NCBI GenBank assembly: GCA_951406725.2
Contig: OX597816.1
Span: 81,468,001 to 81,532,000, forward strand
Origin: Octopus vulgaris
Taxonomy: Eukaryota
Direction of reading: 5' to 3'
DNA length: 64,000 nt
Position numbers and translations under genes: made by a program. Position 1 is the stretch's first letter. Every line of letters starts with the position of its first letter. Positions 14,778 through 26,200 of this stretch are shown one piece after another. The notes beneath the pieces are model-generated. The model saw nothing but the letters and a program-made list of their open reading frames with translations. It searched no databases and was not told the DNA's origin.

Positions 14778-16329
14778 TAGTAAAACGATTAGCAATTAAA
14801 GCAAAAAGAAATAAATATATTACATTACATTACACTGCATAAACCATAAGAGCAAAAAGTGCACCGTGTATTCAACGTTCAAAATAGTCCAATATGCAAC
14901 GATAAAAATTTGTTGTAATCGCATACTGTAGGATGTGAAAGATGAACAATGCATAAAGTTTTAAGAAAGTATTTATTTACCGTTACGTTACAAATACATT
15001 GCCTCGACGAGCAGATTATGATAAATCCAAAAGCATACGAAGTAAAGTTTGTTTGTGTCCTCTTTATTGTTTAGTAGTAAATACAGAGAGAGATAGTATG
15101 ATGTTGTAAGAGAACGGAATTAGAACTACTGAGAGTTGTAGGGTGTGGGACGTTGTTTCACAGTTGCTGACAGTAAATTTCATTTCTCCCTCTGACCAAG
15201 GTTGGTCAGCCAGACTTTGTTGAGTCGTCACCGACTGTGACTAACTGATTTTTGCTTGGGGTATGCTTGTTTATATAACTACCCAGAAGGATAGATATAT
15301 CATTGAGAACAATTGATTTAGTTGGTGGTCTTGTTATCTCTATTCTAGCTTTTGGTGAAGTAGAAGAGGTTAGAAAGGGTCAAGTGGTGAAGACATTATT
15401 TCGGCCTAGCTAAAGGCATCTGGAAAATGTAAAACTGCTGTCAGAGAAGAACCATTGTTCCACCGTGGGAAAAGTTCTGTTGCAGTGTTAATTTAAATTT
15501 GGCTATGGTGGATCGAATCCACTTCATGCATGCAAGATCCACTACAAATATATAACAATTTATATGCACTAAATAAATGAGAGGAAAACATTTTAGTTGG
15601 TATGGCCTTTATTTTATCATTACAATGTTAGTTACAACTTCTTCGAGTTGTTGAACACAGATTGTTTGCAGTTCTATTATCCATTCTGTAAGTAGTTAAG
15701 TTCATTTGTAAATGACTACTAGATGGAAGGAGAGAGAAAAAATAACAAAAGTTACCTCTCTGTGTTGACAAGTAGAGAGGGTGAAAGTTGTATAGTCCCG
15801 CGGTGACAAGCCATAAGTGAAGGGAGGAAAATAGAGATGTGCTCTTCTGGAGAGGAGTCGAGTGAAAGAGGTAGGATTGAATTTAAGTTCTGCATTTATA
15901 TTTTTCTTACTAAATTGGGTTGGATTAAACAAAGGATTTTTTGTCTGCTATCATGTATAAATATTTGGTAACCACGAATAGCTAGTTAAAGAATAGAGCT
16001 TATCTATATGTGGCAGTTGACCATAAATATCTAAGTGCTAATGTCGATACCAATAGAAAAGAACTCATAGTAAAATCTAGGCTAAGAATCCAGGAAACAA
16101 TTCGCTGCAAATATGTGTATAAATTGCAATGGCACAAAAAGCGAGGTAGTATACATAATATGTGTTCATATTTGACAGGCCAATGCACATTCCAGCCACT
16201 TCTAGTTATAATGTCTTTCTTAGAAAAAAGATATTAGCTTTGTGTGCTGAGGGTGTCTGTGTGTGTATAGATGATTTTGATGCTGCGAGTAAAGATATGG
16301 TTGTGTTAGGTGTATTTGCATCAATGTAA

Positions 16330-16990
16330 ACAGTTCTGAATTCTGTCGATGCTGACTGTCTCTTTTAGGCGTGCCTATAAAACACCATAAGGGTCAGTGT
16401 ATGGTGTTCCGGACAAAAAGCATACGACCATGTAGTAATGTCATTTGGAACATAAGTTATAATCGTTCGTTGACTGGATAAGAATTTCGGTAACTCGAAC
16501 ATACATTGCTGCAGTTAATGTTCATAATTGGACAGATTGTGTCACGTGTTGGCATCTCCAACTAACATCTGTCCAGAAAGATGTTAATGTATAGCACAAG
16601 GCAGCTCTGCTAGAGCGGAATGTAGGTTTACCTTAATTGACTTTCTGATACCTTGTAGCATATTGGACAGATATTTCAACCATCCCTCTATGTTACCGTA
16701 TGCTTTAAATGTTTTAACTTGTTGGTGGAAACGTTCTATCAGATGATTTACCGCAGGATGGTGAGCCATAGTACGACAACCCAGCAATTGAATTAATTTA
16801 GTGAACAAATTAGATTCAAATTGCCGGCCTTTGTTGGTCGTTATAGCCGCTGGAGTTCCTAAACGCGAAATCTTGTTGAAAAACAATGTTTTCGCTACCA
16901 TTATGGAATATCTCAAATAGGAATGGCTTCAGACCACCTAGAGGAACGACAAATACAGGTCAACGGACAGGTATTGTCCTGAACAGAAAA
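16330..16990 (-). mobile_element. Gypsy-type LTR retrotransposon integrase remnant
   Basis: ISRLGTPAAITTNKGRQFESNLF...HHPAVNHLIERFHQQVK matches the Gypsy integrase pattern (FGxPxxITTDxGxQFES; YHPxxNGxxERxH), degenerate. Confidence 0.8.
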
Positions 16991-17117
16991 TAATGGCCAA
17001 CAATATCTATGTGTTTGTGTTAAAAACGAGCGTCCAGTGATGAGAAGGTTCCTATGAGAGCTCTAATAAGGCAATGAACTTTTGCTTTTTCGGCAAAATA
17101 TACAACTCCTGGCTCAT

Positions 17118-17218
<101 letters not shown>

Positions 17219-17224
17219 CATATA

Positions 17225-17260
<36 letters not shown>

Positions 17261-17294
17261 TGTATGTATGTATGTATGTATGTATGCATGTATG

Positions 17295-17331
<37 letters not shown>

Positions 17332-17485
17332 GTTTGTATATAGGTATGTATGTATGTATGTATGTATGTATGTATGCATACGAATAAGCAGACAAACAAA
17401 AGAAGGGCATTCAACACATTTATTGGGAGTTACATGAATGGATCAAAACAGTTTGATTCAAATTCCTTGGAACTGTTTAATCCAA

Positions 17486-17550
<65 letters not shown>

Positions 17551-17859
17551 GGTGTGTGAAGGTGTGTGGCCTAGCAGTTAGGTGTGTTGTACTCAATTTC
17601 ACTCTTGTGTTTTCAATCCCTAGACTGGTTGCATGTTGTGTACTTGAACAAAATATTTCATTTCACGTTGCTCCTGTCCACTCAGCTGTAAATGGGTAAC
17701 CCTGTGACAGACTAGCTTTCCGATCAGGAGGAATGTTTCCCTGCTCGCCTACCAGCGGGTTGGCATAATTTGAAAACTTAAATGATGCAAAGCACATCAT
17801 GACCAATGATGTGCAACAAGTCTGGTTGATCAAGCGATATACATATTATATACATACAT

Positions 17860-17963
<104 letters not shown>

Positions 17964-18613
17964 ATGTATGTATATATATATATATATATATTTATAATAA
18001 GATTAGCTCGTATACGAGTGGGTATATATTTGTAAAAAATGAAGTTTGAAAATGCTGCTATATTAGACAAATTTTAATTTTTATATATACATTATTTATT
18101 TAACATGTTTCGGTTCTTGAAATGACGAACCTTATCAAAAAAAATTATATATAAAAAAGATAGTTCATGCTATCAAATATAAAAAATTTATATATAATAT
18201 TCAATTATATAGTAAAGCGAGTCCATGCTATATGTTTAAAGAGTATGATGTAGTAGTTCATAGTGGTGATATGCATTCAATATAAAAAATTCATGTTCTT
18301 GAAAAAGCGAGGAATTCATTTTAGATTTTACCTTGTGTTCCAATGGGAGCAACTGTAATGACTTTTGGTTGGTGTCTGTTCGTATAGTTTTGGTGAATCT
18401 TGTGAATTGTTTGGGTTTTATATCAGTTCAGCTTAGCTGTCTCACTTGCATTTTTCACTGACGTCATATAGTTCCCAACCAATCAAAACTCAGTCTCAAC
18501 GAATATAACCTGTTAGGAAACCAACCAAGTAGAACGACAGTTTGGCCACGGAAGAAATATGTCATCCTTGTTTTTGACGGATTGAAATTAGATCTGATCC
18601 ATGACTGTATCCT

Positions 18614-18725
18614 GTTAGGTGGCTAGTCCAGCGGAACGAGACGTCATCAATGTTTTGAATAATCATCTCGTTAGGTGGCTAGTCCAGCAGAACGGGACGT
18701 CATCAATGTTTTGACCAATCATCTC
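18614..18725. repeat. Tandem duplication of ~55 bp
   Basis: GTTAGGTGGCTAGTCCAGC(G/A)GAACG(A/G)GACGTCATCAATGTTTTGA..AATCATCTC occurs twice back to back. Confidence 0.9.
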
Positions 18726-18757
18726 ATATATATATATATATATATATATAGCAATAT

Positions 18758-19127
18758 GGAGGCGCAATGGCCCAGTGGTTAGGGCAGCGGACTCGCGGTC
18801 ATAGGATCGCGGTTTCGATTCCCAGACCGGGCGTTGTGAGTGTTTATTGAGCGAAAACACCTAAAGCTCCACGAGGCTCCGGCAGGGGATGGTGGTGATC
18901 CCTGCTGTACTCTTTCACCACAACTTTCTCTCACTCTTACTTCCTGTTTCTGTTGTACCTGTATTTCAAAGGGCCGGCCTTGTCACTCTCTGTGTCACGC
19001 TGAATATCCCCGAGATCTACGTTAAGGGTACACGTGTCTGTGGAGTGCTCAGCCACTTACACGTTAATTTCACGAGCAGGCTGTTCCGTTGATTCGGATC
19101 AACCGGAACCCTCGTCGTCGTAACCGA
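18758..19127 (+). mobile_element. tRNA-derived SINE, well preserved (CpG-rich)
   Basis: Pol III A box TGGCCCAGTGG (18768-18778), B box GGTTTCGATTCC (18811-18822), followed by a non-tRNA body. Confidence 0.85.
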
Positions 19128-20235
19128 TAAAGCAATTAAGGATATGAAGACAAGGAAATTACCTGGCCCATCAGGTTTCACCGCTGAGATGCTTAAAATA
19201 TTGGGCGGTGTGTTTTATGGTCTTGTCTCCCGCATCGTAAATCAGGTAGTTCATGAAGGAGTCATACCCAATGACTGTTGCAGTAGCACAATAGTGAACT
19301 GCTACAAAGGTAACGGTGATGCTTTAGATAGAAATAACTACAGGGGTATTACATTATTGGATCAGGTGATGAAAGTTACAGAGAGGGTCATAGCCCAACT
19401 AATTAGGGAGAGAGTTAGTCTAGATGAGATGCAGTCTGGTTTCGTGCCAGGCAGAAGCACCACTGATGTCATATTTCTGGTACGGCAACTGCAGGAGAAA
19501 TATCTAGCCAAAGATAAACCTCTGTACGTGGCTTTTGTTGATTTGGAGAAAGCCTTTGACAGGGTCCTCCGATCCTTTATCTGGTGGTTAGTTCGGAAAC
19601 TGGTGATAGACGAGTTGTTGGTAAGAGCTGTAGAAGCCCTGTACAGAGATGCTGTCAGTAAAGTGAGGATTGGCAACGAGTATAGTGAAGAATTACGGGT
19701 TCACCAAGGATAAGTCCTCAGCCCCATCTTATTCATTATAGTCCTCCAGGCAATAACGGAGGAATTCAAGACAGGCTGCTCTTGGAGCGCCTCTATGCTG
19801 ATGACCTTACTCTAAAGGACGAGTCACTGCCAGAACTAGAAACGAAGTTTAGAGTGTGGAAGCAAGGTCTAGAATCGAAGGGTCTTAGGGTTAACCTAGC
19901 AAAAACCAAAGTCTTAATAAGTAAGAAGGCTGTCAAATCACAACCTCCTTCAGGTAGATGACCCTGCTCGATCTGTAGAAAAGGCGTAAGTAGAAACTCC
20001 ATACGAATACCAGGTGTAAGCTATGGACACATAAAAGGCGCAGCAATATCAAAAGAATGTTAACCAGGAAGATAGGAAGATAGTTTTTGTGTGTGGCAGA
20101 TGCACAGGGGTAATAAACACTGAAGATGTACAGAAAACAGATTCCATCACATGCCAGGGAGAAAAACTACAAGTAGTTAATAGCTTCTACTACCTAGGCA
20201 ACCAAGACAGTGGTTAAGGATGGTCATTCAAAGGA
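19128..20235 (+). mobile_element. RTE-like LINE RT fragment with an embedded Cys/His finger
   Basis: NYRGITLL, MQSGFVPGRSTTDVIF, FVDLEKAFDRV, VHQG, LYADDL, then PCSICRKGV...CKLWTHKR...FVCGRC, then VNSFYYLG. Confidence 0.9.
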
Positions 20236-21729
20236 TTTAAAAGGAATTATTTTTCACCAGCTCTCTATTTTCTTCCAGTACTGTCTCAACAATGGTGCTA
20301 CTCCGGAACAGTGGAAAACTGCCAGTGTCATTCCTCTGTTCAAAAAGGGCGACCGCACATCACCTGTCAACTATCGCCCAGTCAGTCTCACTAGCTGTAT
20401 TGCAAAACTGATGGAATCGTGTGTCAGAGAAACACTTTGGAACTTCTGGAGCTCACACAGTCTCATCCGACCCTCACAATATGGATTTGTCCCTAACTCC
20501 AACTGCAGTGATCAGCTTGTCGAGTTCCTTGAGGACATTACTCAGATCACTGACAGTGGCTCATGGGTGGATGTTGTCTACCTTGACTTTGCTAAGGCTT
20601 TCAACTCTGTGCCACACAAAAGGCTTATGGTGAAACTCTCTGCAATGGGTGTGAGGGATGACCTTTTTAACTGGTTGAAATCCTTCATTCTCAACCGAAA
20701 GGAAGTAGTCACAGTTCTAGGACAGCATTCTACACCATATGAGATGTCATCGGGTGTACCACAGGGATCTGTCCTTGGTCCCCTCTTGTTTGTGGCATAC
20801 ATTAATGACATAGATGCAAATTTAAAGAATGCCACAGTATTAAAATATGCAGACGACATCAAGCTGTACCTTGAAATCAAGAGGACAGATCCTGTTGTCT
20901 ACAGCTTTTTCCTGCAATCAGACCTGGACACAATGCAGCAATGGATCACAGACTGGCAACTGAAACTGGCTGTGGACAAGTGTACCACCATGCATTTTGG
21001 GAGAAAAAACCCTGCGTCCACATACTCCCTCCACAACACTGATATCAAGAAATCCTTATGCGAGCGTGACCTAGGCATCACTGTCAGCAGTGATTAGCGC
21101 TGGACAAAGCATATCTCTAAAATTGTCAAGAAGTCGAGGGTGTCTTGGCATCAATCAGCAAGACTTTTGTTAGCCGCTCTCCAGCCATCTATTTAAAACT
21201 GTATACAGCTATGGTACGACCACACTTGGAATTCGCATCATCAGTTTGGAACCCCTATCTTGCTCAGAACATTGACCTCCTGGAATCGGTTCAGAGACGT
21301 GCAACCAAACGCATACCCTCCATCAGACACCTACCATATTCTGAGCGCCTTGTTTCCCTGGGCATGGATTCACTGAAGCTCCGGCGTCTGGCGACGGACT
21401 TGGTAAACGCCCACAAAGTTGTCAACCACCTCACCAATAACAACACTGAACACCTTTTTGATCTCCATGTGTCTAACACACGTGGACATGCCTACAAAGT
21501 CAGAAAACAACACAGCTCCCATGACTTTCGGAAACATTTCTTCACGCTCAGAGTTGCTGAAGCATGGAATAAACTGCCTGCATCAGTTGTTGACTGCCAT
21601 GACACTGCATCCTTTAAGGCCCTCATGCTTTCCGAAATCCGTCGAAACTACACCTGATTATATATGCACTTTAGATGACTTGTAGTGCACCTGAGCACTG
21701 TACACAATGTTTATTATTATTATTATTAT
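20236..21729 (+). mobile_element. CR1/L2-group LINE, 5'-truncated, relatively young, with (TTA)n tail
   Basis: WKTASVIPLFKKGDR..NYRPVSLTS, VDVVYLDFAKAF, SGVPQGSVLGPLLF, KYADD, ERDLG, LYTAMVRPHLE, LESVQRRATK, FFTLRVAEAWNKLP; one stop plus one frameshift near 21097-21140. Confidence 0.95.
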
Positions 21730-21836
21730 TTGCTTTGTGTGTGTGTTATTTTTGTTCTCTGGAAATATTTTGTATATCGTGGTGGGTGTGTATATGTGTG
21801 TGTGTGTATGTTTGGTTTTGGTGGGGATGTTTTGTT

Positions 21837-21991
21837 TGTGTGTGTGATAGACCCTTATTTATTTATTAATAGTGGGTGTTTAAATATTTAGCTGTGGTTT
21901 AAATTTGTTAGCAAATTTAACAAATTTAAATCACAACTAAATATCTAAACACCCACTATTAATCAATAATTAAGGATCTATCACACACACA
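21837..21991. repeat. Near-perfect hairpin palindrome, 74-bp arms, 7-nt loop
   Basis: 21837-21910 pairs with 21918-21991 (...GTGGTTTAAATTTGTTA-GCAAATT-TAACAAATTTAAATCAC...), about 6 mismatches. Confidence 0.92.
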
Positions 21992-22630
21992 CATTGTCAT
22001 CAACAATTTGTCAAACCTCATTTCCAGGAGCCAAAGGACCTTAACTGATACAAAAGGAGAACATATTTATATCAGTTCCCCTCTCTCCGCTTACTTTCTT
22101 TTTCACGTTCTACTTGTCGCTGCGTACGATCACGTACGTGTGTATGTGTGCGCGCGCGTGCATTAAAAAGATAGAGAAGAGTGAGAGAAAGAGAAAGGGA
22201 AGAAAGGCGAAAAAAGGGAGGGAGAAGAAGAAATAGATGAGGAAGGAAGAAAAGGGGAAAGTCCGAATGTGGAAATTAGTCTTCGTGCGTTACTTGTGTA
22301 CCTAAGAAACGAAAAAGAACGGTGACAGGATGACGGAGAGGAAGAAAGAAATAATGAGTCAAATTTTAACGTAACAGAACAAGAACAAAAATTAAGAGTT
22401 CAAACACATAGATAAAAAGAGAGATATGAGTATGCGAGAAATAATAACATATTCTTGGATGGTCTTCTTTCGCTACATTTTCCCATTTAATATTATTTAT
22501 TAAAAATTATTTTTATAAGGCACAAAGAGAAAATGACTCTCTCCAGACACAACAGAATATACTTCAACACACGAACTCGTATAAAGAATCTTGCAAACCA
22601 AATCCAAAAACGAAATATTTTTTTAAACTT

Positions 22631-22880
22631 GCTACGAATCTAGTTAAATTTCTTTCAATCACTTCTAGTATTTCAAATTTTCACCAATTTTTTTTTTTTT
22701 TTTTTTTTTGCAAGTTTTCTACAATGATGTAATTCCTAGAAAAAATTATGCAAGCAATTTTTATCATCAGCGCGCAAAAATTGCATTTTTTTTTTTTTTT
22801 TTTTTTTTTTTCTCTAAGTAATCTGGTAAAAATCTGAAATACTTTAAAGTGGTTGGTAGAAATTTAACAAGGTCCCTAGC
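22631..22880. mobile_element. Degenerate MITE-like inverted repeat immediately upstream of the PDIA6 promoter
   Basis: GTTAAATTTCTTTCAATCACTTCTAGTATTTCAAATTTTCACCA (22643-22686) vs reverse complement of 22824-22868 GTTAAATTTCTACCAACCACTTTAAAGTATTTCAGATTTTTACCA. Confidence 0.6.
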
Positions 22881-22980
22881 TACTAAGTCAACAACGTTAG
22901 GATTAAACTAGCTGTAGCAAGTATTCATTCCAGGGACGCAACTTGGACAGTAAAGTGTTATGTGTCACTTCTGTGAGTTC

Positions 22981-22989
22981 TCCACGTCA
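22981..22989 (-). promoter_or_regulatory. UPRE (TGACGTGG/A; XBP1s/ATF6-type bZIP site)
   Basis: TCCACGTCA on + = TGACGTGGA on -, about 200 bp upstream of the PDIA6 ATG. Confidence 0.75.
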
Positions 22990-23003
22990 GATTAAGAAAA
23001 CAG

Positions 23004-23022
23004 CCAATGGCAGGCAACCACG
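23004..23022 (+). promoter_or_regulatory. ER stress response element ERSE-I (CCAAT-N9-CCACG)
   Basis: CCAAT GGCAGGCAA CCACG, exact consensus and spacing, upstream of an ER foldase gene; second CCAAT at 23035-23039; Inr-like TCATTC at 23112-23117. Confidence 0.9.
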
Positions 23023-23189
23023 TGAGTCTGGTAGCCAATACATACACACGGTTGTAAACACACATTCATGAGAAGAGCATTTCCACCCGGCTGAAGAAAA
23101 AAAAAATCCCGTCATTCTTATCAAGACCAGTACTACAACTGTTTGCGAATTTGTGTTTTTCTTTTCTTCCCTGTTAAATTCTTAAAATT

Positions 23190-23211
23190 ATGGAGGCTTT
23201 GCCTCTTTCCT
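23190..23211 (+). CDS. PDIA6: PDIA6 exon 1 (MEALPLS + 1 nt)
   Basis: ATG then GTAAGT donor at 23212; phase 1 fits exon 2 and completes a hydrophobic signal peptide; lies just downstream of ERSE/UPRE. Confidence 0.85.
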
Positions 23212-26200
23212 GTAAGTAGTAATTTTCTTAAACCATTCACTTGATTATTCCTTATCTATATTTCAATGTCTCTACATTCTTTACCTCTCTGTGATATGTA
23301 TGTGTATATCTATGTATGCATGCTTATATATATTGTATATAGTGAGCGGCAAGTTTTCGGCGAACCGTATCATCTTTCAAATTCTGATACTTTGGGAGTC
23401 GTTTCTGTCATACATATCTGTTTGATTCTTGTGCGAAGTGTATGAGTGCTGTAGTTCCTTCTTAACTCTTTCCTTACTCCTTTAATAAGCTGAAGATTGA
23501 TGAATGACCAATGGGCTTTGAAATTCAGCGAAATGTACATTTTATTTCTAGTTGTAAATATTATACCGATCATAACAGACATTTTTTTCATTCTTACTGA
23601 CATATATACTTCCGATCTTTATATTTATGCATTGTGTAATTAATTACATCTAATTCAACTTTCGTCCTTTATCATAGTCGTTTCTATAAAGCGATTTAGT
23701 CGCTTAACTTTTAATTAAGACGAATGATTACTGCTAACTATAGGATAGTTCTAAAAACATGTTAGGATGTATCTAGGCATACAAACTTTGTGTGAATTTA
23801 GTTAACTATTTGGTAACCCTATTCTCTTGGGTTTTGACCATTTTCTAAGTGAAAACGCTGTCATTCAAACATCTGCTAACCAATTTGTTCGACGCTACGC
23901 TGTTTATTGTCTTTCTTAAAACATTGTGATACTTTCTTTCTCCAAAATCCATGTTATCACTCTTTACTGTTTAATTTATTGTTATGAAATAAATTTAAAT
24001 ATTCTGGGGTTCGCTAAACTTCTTGTTTCTTCTTCGTATATAAGATATCAAAAGTTTTACTTTTTGAAATTATTTTGCCACTGATTTTTTTACTATGTCA
24101 AATCTAATTTTAAATATTTCAGTTATATATCAGTTGATGACAGAAGTTTTCTTTTTAACTTTTTATAATTTATTTGAAATTATATTTCGATTCATCTTTC
24201 TGAGTTTAAAACCTTTCAGTTTGATGTACTTGTTATATACTGATTTAAAAACAAGTTTCTACGCCTCCCTACAGAAGCCCATCGTAAATTATAAGTAACC
24301 TTACCACATACCGACATTTCGACTGGGTTTCGATTTCCGGTTATTTCCATTACACCTATCTTGTTCACGTCCTCTAGAAAACATGAACACCATACAGTCT
24401 CATATTTTGCCTTTCAAATCTGAAGTATCTAGCTCCTGCAAGAATTGTTGTAGTATTTGCGGACTTCATGTGTTTAGCAATGTTGATGATCGTTATATAT
24501 CATTACCTTTTTTTGTGAAACTGTCAAACCAGCGAAGGATCGTCTAGAGTAAGTCACCCAGGTAGAAATAGTAACCAAATCCCAAATCTTCCTCGAACTT
24601 CACACTACCATCTTAAAAAGAAAAATTTGTGTCATGCAGTCCGAGATGCACTGTTTGACAAAAAAAGGTCTTAGGGTTAGAATGCTTTCTGTATTAAGTT
24701 TGCTTGATCAGGACTTGCGTGGCTAAACTACTTTTGTCATAAACCTTTTTTCTTTTCTTGGATCCACGTTATATGAATACTTTTCTCAAATGCAAGAATG
24801 TACCAGCACATTTTCTCATTACTATATATCTAAGCATGCCTTTTTGTTAGTGGGGTCCGCGAGAATTATAAGTATAATCTTTATAGTTTGAAGTATGGGA
24901 CCTAAGCTAAATATTAAAATATTCGCAGTGAGAAAAATATGTTTTGTGTTTAATATTTATATATGATCTAATCGAGAGCATGACGGTAATTTATCAAATG
25001 AATAATCCAGTTTCGGTTATCTAATTTTATTTGTGCCACTCATTACCATTGGTCAGAATTCTTGCCATTCATATTTATTCTGAAGATATTCCCGACAGAT
25101 GTATGATCCAAAGTCATTACCATACTGTTTTCTTCTATAAAAGTATACCCTAAATCTGTGCTACTCAAAGTGGTGGTCTGCGGACCGGAACCGGTACGTG
25201 AGCCATCAGCTGCTAGTATGTGGTGAGTTTCCAGAAAAGAAAGAAACATAAAATACCTATGTAATATTGTATTATTTGTTTACAAAATAAATACAAGATA
25301 AAAAAAATTGTCAACTTTTATATATATTGTTTCCAGTATAAATTAATATTACTGAAAATATTACCGGTCCCTGGCGCATTGGAAAAAAACTGCTGGTACA
25401 CCACATCAGATAGTTTGAGAAGCACTGCTCTAAACCACATTATATAATGTGTCCATTATGTTGTTTAATGGAGATTTAGCTGCTATTTATTGCAGGTTGA
25501 GTGAACATGGACATATTCTATCTAGTATAGGGTTGAGTCTAGTATTGTGGCTAATAAATTCTTGTACCTGTGAAGTTGCATCACTCCCAGAAGTAAAATG
25601 ACATTACCAAGAACTATAAGCCACAGAGGTTGGACAAACCAATGTTACTTTCACCAAATTGATCAGCCAGTCATTAACCTCTTTTCAGATCAGTTGAACC
25701 AATTAGATGCCAAATCATTTTCCTTTTATCCCTAGCACTTGTTGGTAAGCTTTCACATAACTTTACAAGTTCCATTACTTTTTGGTAAAATGATTAGTAG
25801 CAGGAAAGGCGTTTAGCTGTGAAAACAACTACTTTAGATCCATTCTATTCATACTAAGTGAACAACCTTAATGTATATTATAAATCTTCATCTTCATTTT
25901 TAACATCCATTTTTCCGTGTTTGCATGATCACAGAATGTTAGGACAGATTTTCTGCAACTAGTTGTCCTTTCCCATCACCTAGCCTTACCTGTTTCCAAC
26001 CACATATTTTTTCTTGGCCAGACCTGTTTTTTAGTGAGATTAAATCAATACTGCTTGTATGATGGTGACACTGGTTGATAACCATAATGTGATGACAAGA
26101 CAGGCTACACACAAGGTGGTGATCTGGCAGAAACGTTAGCACGGAGGGCAAAGTGCTTAGTGATATTTTGTCTGCTGTTACGTTCTGAGTTCAAATTCTG

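Noticed and set aside
18459-18466. CRE palindrome TGACGTCA with nearby CCAAT (another at ~36428)
   Set aside because: No associated gene start; lies in repeat-like or intronic context and is expected by chance.
18758-18830. tRNA gene
   Set aside because: A and B boxes are present, but the sequence continues into a repeat body with no poly-T terminator or clean acceptor stem; it is a SINE head.
23068-23094. uORF MRRAFPPG* upstream of PDIA6
   Set aside because: Lies upstream of the Inr-like TCATTC (23112) and probably outside the transcript; needs TSS data.
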